Positions 58,112-64,000 of a DNA stretch of 64,000 nt are shown piece after piece. Made by a program: the position numbers and the translations under genes. Positions within the stretch are counted from its first letter, which is position 1, and the number at the start of each line of letters is the position of its first letter. The stretch spans positions 64,001 through 128,000 of the IMG/VR virus record IMGVR_UViG_3300014720_000003. One strand, written 5' to 3'. The notes beneath the pieces are model-generated. The model was not told the origin of the DNA. It worked only from the letters and a program-made list of their open reading frames with translations, and did not search any database. The stretch is from a virus.

Positions 58112-59113
58112 TTATAATACTTTGGATGCTATCAAACAACCCTTAGATACAGCGTGTAGTGGATCACTAGCATGGGCTACTTCTCTTATTGGTAGGGGAA
58201 AATCGTTGTCTTTGAGTTTTGCTGTAAAATGTTCTATATATCCTTTGGCTTGTGATGTGCCTCCAGCAACCACAATTTTAAGCGGACTTTTGAATTTGGG
58301 CAATGATTTATGATTGGTTAATGCAAAAGCTAATTGTTTAGCCGTATAATCTATAAGTCTTTCATAATAAGCAGACACGGCGGATAACACAGGATTATCA
58401 TTGGGTTCACCGATTTTAAAATCGCCCCCCTCCTTCTCTGCCTGAACAACACTGTCTGGCTCCCCGGTTGCTACAGCGCTCATACGATCAATCCAGTCGC
58501 CGCTCTTGGTGGTACTAAAAACTACTGTTGGTTCGCCGTTAAGCATCACACAAACATTTGTCATACCAGCACCACAACTAATAGCAACGCCGGTATAATC
58601 ATCGCTCTCTAGTTCCGCATAGCATAATGCTTCTGCTTCGTTGATTGAGCGAGCATCATAACCACACTCTGCTAATACAGTTTTTACCACATCCTCATGA
58701 TATCCCACATCAAAATCCTCATCTTCTTGGTCTACTGGTTGAGCAGGAACGCAGAACACTAACTTTTCTCCTGACTCCGATGCTGTTCCGACTACTTCTT
58801 TGAGAATAAAAGCAAGGATGCGTTTTGCATCTTTTTCTTTTGCTGATACAACACCCCTATACATGGGCCGTTTTGCCGCATCATTTCTTTCAACGGCTTT
58901 TTCTATAGCATCTTTACCCAGAATAATAAATGATCCGTCAGAATCTTTGATAAAAATCTTGCCAGACAAACCTTTCTCGATCATTTTGGTGGCTACTGGG
59001 GTGGTGGGTTTGATAATATAAAATGCGTCTCTAAAATCTTTGTATTGTATATTACCATCAACTTCTTGTGATAATACAATAAAACTTGTGCCCACATCTA
59101 ATCCACGACTCAT
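58112..59113 (-). CDS. actin-fold ATPase (MreB/MamK/volactin-like)
   Basis: GLDVGT, RPM..G, INEAEA, ISCGAGMTN, GDWID, VAGGTS, AVSKG. Confidence 0.85.
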   Translation of the reverse strand: MSRGLDVGTSFIVLSQEVDGNIQYKDFRDAFYIIKPTTPVATKMIEKGLSGKIFIKDSDGSFIILGKDAIEKAVERNDAAKRPMYRGVVSAKEKDAKRILAFILKEVVGTASESGEKLVFCVPAQPVDQEDEDFDVGYHEDVVKTVLAECGYDARSINEAEALCYAELESDDYTGVAISCGAGMTNVCVMLNGEPTVVFSTTKSGDWIDRMSAVATGEPDSVVQAEKEGGDFKIGEPNDNPVLSAVSAYYERLIDYTAKQLAFALTNHKSLPKFKSPLKIVVAGGTSQAKGYIEHFTAKLKDNDFPLPIREVAHASDPLHAVSKGCLIASKVL

Positions 59114-59117
59114 AATA

Positions 59118-59444
59118 TTACCTCTTTAAGTTTTTCAGTTTGTTGACCGAGTTAGAAATATTTTCTGTTGTTTGCTTGACATCTCCAAGATTATCGTATT
59201 TACGCTCCATACCGTCTGTTTTAATATCTACCACAAATTTTTTATCATCAATAGATAAATTACTAATTATTTTTTCTGGTCTATCCTTTTGTTGTTTAAA
59301 AAAAGATTGTGGACTATTATATACACCTCTAGAGGTAAAGATTCCTATAAAATAGCCAATAAAACCACAAATCAGATTGATTATGATTAGTATAGAAACT
59401 ATGATAGCATCATTTGATAGATACATTTGATAACCATTGTTCAT
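59118..59444 (-). CDS. single-TM protein upstream of actin
   Basis: IIVSILIIINLICGFIGYFIG; helical C-terminus. Confidence 0.6.
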   Translation of the reverse strand: MNNGYQMYLSNDAIIVSILIIINLICGFIGYFIGIFTSRGVYNSPQSFFKQQKDRPEKIISNLSIDDKKFVVDIKTDGMERKYDNLGDVKQTTENISNSVNKLKNLKR

Positions 59445-59805
59445 ATTTTTTTCTTTCGTATCCTATTATAGAGGCTTTCTGTTTACCATCAACAATATAT
59501 CTTGTATCTGGTAAACTCTTAATTTTATATTTATCTCTTAGTTCTTTTTCTTTAGTAATATCAATATAACATACAATTTTACTATCTAATAAAGTGAGAA
59601 AATATCCATCGTCTATATCCTGTTTTAAGAGTCCACAGGCAGAACAAGATTTTGCACCAAATATAAGCACTATTGGTTGATCAGTGGATTCTGATAGTGA
59701 TTCTGCTATGTGTAAATCATTTACTACTGGAAAATCTGCGAATGATATTGGTATGGTAAGAGTTGATATAAAAATCATGATGCATATAAGTAATAACTTT
59801 TTCAT
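59410..59805 (-). CDS. exported thioredoxin-fold protein
   Basis: Signal peptide, F.AKSCSAC..LK, cis-Pro segment SLP. Confidence 0.8.
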   Translation of the reverse strand: MKKLLLICIMIFISTLTIPISFADFPVVNDLHIAESLSESTDQPIVLIFGAKSCSACGLLKQDIDDGYFLTLLDSKIVCYIDITKEKELRDKYKIKSLPDTRYIVDGKQKASIIGYERKKYEQWLSNVSIK

Positions 59806-59814
59806 AAAATCCCT

Positions 59815-60678
59815 TTAAGTTTGATTAGTTAATATATGTAATGGTTTATCAAAATAATGAAAATACATAGGATCATATTCTGGATTCCATAATCCTTCTT
59901 TTGATGTGTGTCCCCAAGGATCAAAAAACAACTCATGATTATTTACTGAATAACAGTATTCATTCCAATATTTTTTTATCATATATGCTGGTGAAGAATG
60001 ATACCATGATATAAAACAAGATCTATTAAAATTTGCACCAATATAAGCATGATAGCTTTTTCTTGATATTTCGAAGATAAACAATCTATTATTTAGTGGT
60101 AAAACAGATTTGTATAATGAACCATCTAGATTTTCATAAACACCAGTTCCGCCCCCATCGTTTTCAGTAATATTTTCTGGATGATCGAAATAATATAATA
60201 GAGCAACACTTCTACATAATTTATTAGTATTTGGTTGTAGATCCTGACTATCATCTTCGTATACACAATTAGGAGTCGCTATATCTGCATTCGTATTAGC
60301 AAATGAACATATTGATAAGTCTCTATGTATAAAACCACTTTTGGATGGAGCTTTATGTAAATGTATAGCCGGTGCGATGTATGGTGATGTAATTATATCA
60401 AACGTGTTTTCTACAAAACTTTTAAGAGTTTGAGATGCAAATAAATCAAATCCATTAATACATTCTTGTAATTTTAAACCCTTAATATATGCTTCATAAT
60501 TACTACTATTTCTAGTTGTTTGATTATATGGTATAGTGTTTTGTATTAGAAATGAAAAATATGGAATAATCTGATTGTATATATTATTTTTAAGTAGATT
60601 ATCTATAATAATATGTTTATATGGCTTTGTATAATGCTTAACGTCCAGATTATCTGATATATGAGGATGATCTAGCAT
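59815..60678 (-). CDS. 2OG-Fe(II) oxygenase
   Basis: HRD, GGGT, P.NNRL.IFE...SYH, R.. Confidence 0.8.
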   Translation of the reverse strand: MLDHPHISDNLDVKHYTKPYKHIIIDNLLKNNIYNQIIPYFSFLIQNTIPYNQTTRNSSNYEAYIKGLKLQECINGFDLFASQTLKSFVENTFDIITSPYIAPAIHLHKAPSKSGFIHRDLSICSFANTNADIATPNCVYEDDSQDLQPNTNKLCRSVALLYYFDHPENITENDGGGTGVYENLDGSLYKSVLPLNNRLFIFEISRKSYHAYIGANFNRSCFISWYHSSPAYMIKKYWNEYCYSVNNHELFFDPWGHTSKEGLWNPEYDPMYFHYFDKPLHILTNQT

Positions 60679-61303
60679 TTTTTACAGTCTCGATAGTATC
60701 GTGATAAAATGTTATGCTTCTTATAGAAGTATCAAAATTAATATTTTCCAATAGACATTTAGAAAAATTTCTTACATGAGAATGAAAATGGTCGGGATAT
60801 ACTCTCTGATTGTTGTGTTTCCAATATATAATATTGTTTTCCTCATAAAATCTATTGGTATAGTCATTGCTTCCATATAATACACATGGCCTAAATATAA
60901 GTACATTTTTTATATTTGTAGAGATAATTAAATTTTCGATCTCTTTTTTATTTTGACCATATGAGTATAGTGGATCATTAATTTCAAAACCACCAAATAC
61001 TGCTAAAGTAGAAATAAAAATATATCTATGAAAAGATACAGTTTGTATAATGTTTAGGAAATGATTAATATTATAGCAAGAGAAGTCTATGATTGTGTCG
61101 TAGTATTTATTTCTTAATAACTGACATTTATGTATATCTTCTCTATCTAGTTTAATCCAATTTAAATAAGGAAATAGATTCTTATTTGTTAAACCCCTAT
61201 TAGCGAGATCTGGATAAATATTATTCTCCATACATAATTCTACAAAATCTCTACCAACCATCTGTGTGCCGCCAAGAACCAGCATATGTTTATCATTTTC
61301 CAT
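60650..61303 (-). CDS. short NAD-binding epimerase/reductase (SDR)
   Basis: LVLGGT..VG, NRG, DR, YIFIST, YGQNK. Confidence 0.75.
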   Translation of the reverse strand: MENDKHMLVLGGTQMVGRDFVELCMENNIYPDLANRGLTNKNLFPYLNWIKLDREDIHKCQLLRNKYYDTIIDFSCYNINHFLNIIQTVSFHRYIFISTLAVFGGFEINDPLYSYGQNKKEIENLIISTNIKNVLIFRPCVLYGSNDYTNRFYEENNIIYWKHNNQRVYPDHFHSHVRNFSKCLLENINFDTSIRSITFYHDTIETVKNARSSSYIR

Positions 61304-62204
61304 TAGTGTGTCCTAATACCCTACCTTTCTGAGTTCTTAATACAAAACCCATACGAATAAGATATGGTTCTATACTATTCTCTATCGTTTCTAGTGCTAT
61401 TCCAGTTACAGATGATATAGACTTTAATCCGAGTGGATTACCCCTATTCTTCTTTAGTACATCCAAGTATATTCTATCATAGGCATCCAGACCATTTTTA
61501 TCAATACCTTGAAGATTGAAAATATCGTCTACAGATGAATGTTTACCAGTACATGAAATATAGTTCTGATACCATTGTAATCTAGCATTTAAAATACGAG
61601 GAGTCCCTTTACTCCTTTGTGCTATTTCTAATAAATCAGAATCACTTATCATTAGTCCGAGCTTTTGGGCGTTCAATCCTGCTAGTTTGGCTAACTCATC
61701 GTCACTATAAAAACTCAAATGTTCCTTGATAGTAAATCGGTCATAAAATGGTTGACTCAAACTACCACCACTAGTTGTTGCTCCTACTAGAGTAAATGCT
61801 GGAATCTCTATTTCTTCTGGCTCTTTATCCATAACTATACTAAACTTGAAATCCTCCATCACAGGATAGAGAAATTCTTCAACCAGTTTGGGTAGTCTAT
61901 GGATTTCGTCTATAAAAAATACTGATCGTTTGGTCATCCTAAACATATAGGGCAAAATTGCTTTTACGCTTCTAAGATTAGCAGCATTTGCCGTATACAG
62001 ATTAACATCCATCTCGGAGGCTATAGCACCCGCCAGGGTTGTTTTACCAAGGCCAGGAGGGCCGTCTATTAAAACATGAGGGAGGATGCTGTCGTTTTTT
62101 TTACAGCCCGCTGTGCTTATCTTTAACCGGCTAATCACATCGTTCTGACCAATAATTTCATCAAAAGAAACTGGACGTTTTACCAATGTCATTGTATTCT
62201 CCAA
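61293..62204 (-). CDS. ruvB: Holliday junction branch-migration ATPase
   Basis: RP.SFDEIIGQ, GPPGLGKTT, FIDEIHRL, LYPVMED, FTLVGATT, GTPRI, IEPYL, RTQKGR. Confidence 0.93.
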   Translation of the reverse strand: MENTMTLVKRPVSFDEIIGQNDVISRLKISTAGCKKNDSILPHVLIDGPPGLGKTTLAGAIASEMDVNLYTANAANLRSVKAILPYMFRMTKRSVFFIDEIHRLPKLVEEFLYPVMEDFKFSIVMDKEPEEIEIPAFTLVGATTSGGSLSQPFYDRFTIKEHLSFYSDDELAKLAGLNAQKLGLMISDSDLLEIAQRSKGTPRILNARLQWYQNYISCTGKHSSVDDIFNLQGIDKNGLDAYDRIYLDVLKKNRGNPLGLKSISSVTGIALETIENSIEPYLIRMGFVLRTQKGRVLGHTNGK

Positions 62205-62603
62205 TTAGTCGTTTTTATCTTTTACCCAAAACACAAAATCATTTGACTTTTCATCATAAGCCATATCAACCAGACCCTTTTTTACTAAGCCGTTAAGAAT
62301 ATTACTAACCATTCGGCTATTTATTTTTTCCAGAACATCAGCAAATATTTTCTCGTTTAGAGTATATCTGGTTCGCTTTTTGTTTTTGCTGACCCGTATC
62401 TTAACAGACTCTTTCACGATAAGCAAACACTCTTGGTGAGATATTATCTTATCAAATTCTGCTTGTTCGCTTTGCTTAACGGTATCTATAAGAGAATCTA
62501 ATTCGTCCGCTTTATCCCATGCTCCAAAATTATTAAAGACTATTGCTCTAACTTTGTCTGTGAATTCATCTATATCGTTAATAATAAACCATTCTTCTTC
62601 CAT
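62205..62603 (-). CDS. hypothetical protein
   Basis: GGAG RBS; winged-helix-like C-terminus (L..LV.KG.V...YD). Confidence 0.55.
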   Translation of the reverse strand: MEEEWFIINDIDEFTDKVRAIVFNNFGAWDKADELDSLIDTVKQSEQAEFDKIISHQECLLIVKESVKIRVSKNKKRTRYTLNEKIFADVLEKINSRMVSNILNGLVKKGLVDMAYDEKSNDFVFWVKDKND

Positions 62604-62612
62604 TTTCTACTC

Positions 62613-62996
62613 CTAGTTTAAGATATCGAATAACCCTTTGTAATATTTGGGCTGTTGTATAAAATGAGAAGCATTGGCTTGTATGTGTTGTTTATATTGG
62701 TTATAGATAGGATCATAAACAAAATACTTGCTTTTCCATATACCTTCACCTAAATAATTGGATCCCAAATACTGGAACTTTTTATCGTTCACAGTATTGG
62801 GATTCCAACTATTCACAGGAAACTCAACCGACGGAAAACTATTGATATTATTCATGATATCCGTCATCCATTCTGAGAACGGAGAATCATGTCCAAAATC
62901 AAATGTAAAATACCATTTGTAGGGATCAACATTATTATCATAATCATGATCATCGTTGTATCCATCATCTTCATCATCATGATCTTGATCGCTCAA
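62613..62996 (-). CDS. acidic hypothetical protein
   Basis: Asp-rich N-terminus; TTG start. Confidence 0.5.
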   Translation of the reverse strand: MSDQDHDDEDDGYNDDHDYDNNVDPYKWYFTFDFGHDSPFSEWMTDIMNNINSFPSVEFPVNSWNPNTVNDKKFQYLGSNYLGEGIWKSKYFVYDPIYNQYKQHIQANASHFIQQPKYYKGLFDILN

Positions 62997-62999
62997 TGT

Positions 63000-64000
63000 T
63001 CACCCCACACAAAACTGATCACTAAGTTTCGCAGCCAAATCCTTTGCGGCACTACTCAGGAATCGGTTGTTGCTGAAATACAACGCTGTGGACGCTTGGT
63101 TGAGGTACTCCACGACCGTTTTTAAGAGTCTGGTCTGCTCACTGGTCAAGTTTAAACCATATAATCCACAATCGGTTGGCACACCATACGCTTTGGACTG
63201 AATATTAAGGTTGTCTTTTGGTAGATTACCATCTTCTTCATCACTATCATCATACAAATCAACAGATGGTAAACTATTTTTCTGACCACAAGCACCCCAC
63301 TGTTTCCAAACATCGACTGATGTGTTGCTGATCTTAATATTCTGATTTTGTAGATCATTCAAAATACTTTTAGCAACATCAATTGATACTGGAACACCAT
63401 TCTGGTCAGCATTTTTATATGCCTTAGCATAACCCTTGTACCAATCGTCGCTGCATTTAGATGGATCAATTGTTACTGTGGCTGGCTGACCAGTTAATGC
63501 ACTCTGTAATTCTACCACATTAACTTTCTGCCCTGTTGATCCTTGAAGAATACTGGTAAAGTATGGAGCCTTTTTCTCCCAGTTCTTTCTCCACCAAGTA
63601 TAAGGCACACGATAAATTTGATTGGCCTTGATCGCTCTTGGATCACCACTAAAGTAGTTGACTAACTTCTTTTGTAATCCATTCCAATAAGTCTTATTCT
63701 TACCAATCATCTTCACTGACTGGTCATCAAAAATCCAATAGCATTGATAACCATTACGAGTATCCACAACCCAAGTTGGAGGAACAGCAAAATTATTGAT
63801 CCTCTCTAGGAAAGTCTTTTTCTTTTGCATCACAACGCTAGGCTTAAAATACTTACCATCACTATCTCGACCAGCATCGATATCACGAAAACAGCAAGTA
63901 AAGTTATTGATTGCGTATAGTTTGCGACCACCATTTACATAGAAATAAACATCGGAACCACTATGAGCATTTGCTTCAATAGCAGTATCCAGAGTATCTG
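63000..64000 (-). CDS. RepB/AEP-type primase-like protein (5'-truncated by window)
   Basis: Frame stays open to the window end: DVYFYVN, FRDID (DxD), PTWVVDT.NGYQCYW, GDP....RVP. Confidence 0.7.
   Translation of the reverse strand, partial: DTLDTAIEANAHSGSDVYFYVNGGRKLYAINNFTCCFRDIDAGRDSDGKYFKPSVVMQKKKTFLERINNFAVPPTWVVDTRNGYQCYWIFDDQSVKMIGKNKTYWNGLQKKLVNYFSGDPRAIKANQIYRVPYTWWRKNWEKKAPYFTSILQGSTGQKVNVVELQSALTGQPATVTIDPSKCSDDWYKGYAKAYKNADQNGVPVSIDVAKSILNDLQNQNIKISNTSVDVWKQWGACGQKNSLPSVDLYDDSDEEDGNLPKDNLNIQSKAYGVPTDCGLYGLNLTSEQTRLLKTVVEYLNQASTALYFSNNRFLSSAAKDLAAKLSDQFCVG

Noticed and set aside
587-63358. Numerous short antisense or alternate-frame ORFs in the track (e.g. 11595-12155 +, 16293-16694 +, 8396-8773 -)
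   Set aside because: They lie within well-supported genes, lack motifs, and look like shadow ORFs.
1-64000. tRNA, rRNA or riboswitch (e.g. cobalamin riboswitch before nrdJ)
   Set aside because: Intergenic gaps are too short or filled by small ORFs, and no such structure was recognised. A covariance-model scan would be needed to exclude them fully.

Overview
AT-rich, densely coding fragment of a large tailed-phage genome in standard genetic code (TAA, TAG and TGA all used as stops). I saw no tRNA, rRNA or CRISPR array. Positions 1-8840 (+) hold a tail/structural module: a probable tape-measure 3' end, two tandem paralogs and two large tail/baseplate-like proteins. Positions 8841-64000 are a convergent minus-strand block. 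It contains many glycosyltransferases and sugar enzymes and a bacterial-type replisome (SSB, DnaE split into two genes around a DEDDh exonuclease, primase, DnaB, RecA, RuvB, a second RepB/AEP-type primase). It also carries nucleotide-metabolism genes (class II RNR with an intein, dCMP deaminase, dNMP kinase, GMP reductase, NDT-like), a membrane-protein/papain-protease operon, fibre proteins, ClpP, a sigma factor and an actin-fold ATPase. Most striking: (1) the RNR intein sits at the catalytic NPCxE cysteine and looks intact, but ends in Arg-Arg instead of His-Asn/Gln; (2) DnaE is split with no intein; (3) the actin resembles archaeal volactin; (4) several host-enzyme homologs have rewired or lost active sites (bacterioferritin, DeoC, nucleotidyltransferase); (5) there is a coupled membrane operon with a cysteine protease and no visible muralytic enzyme. 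All family calls come from motif recognition by eye, not database searches. A Planctomycetota-like host is only an inference.
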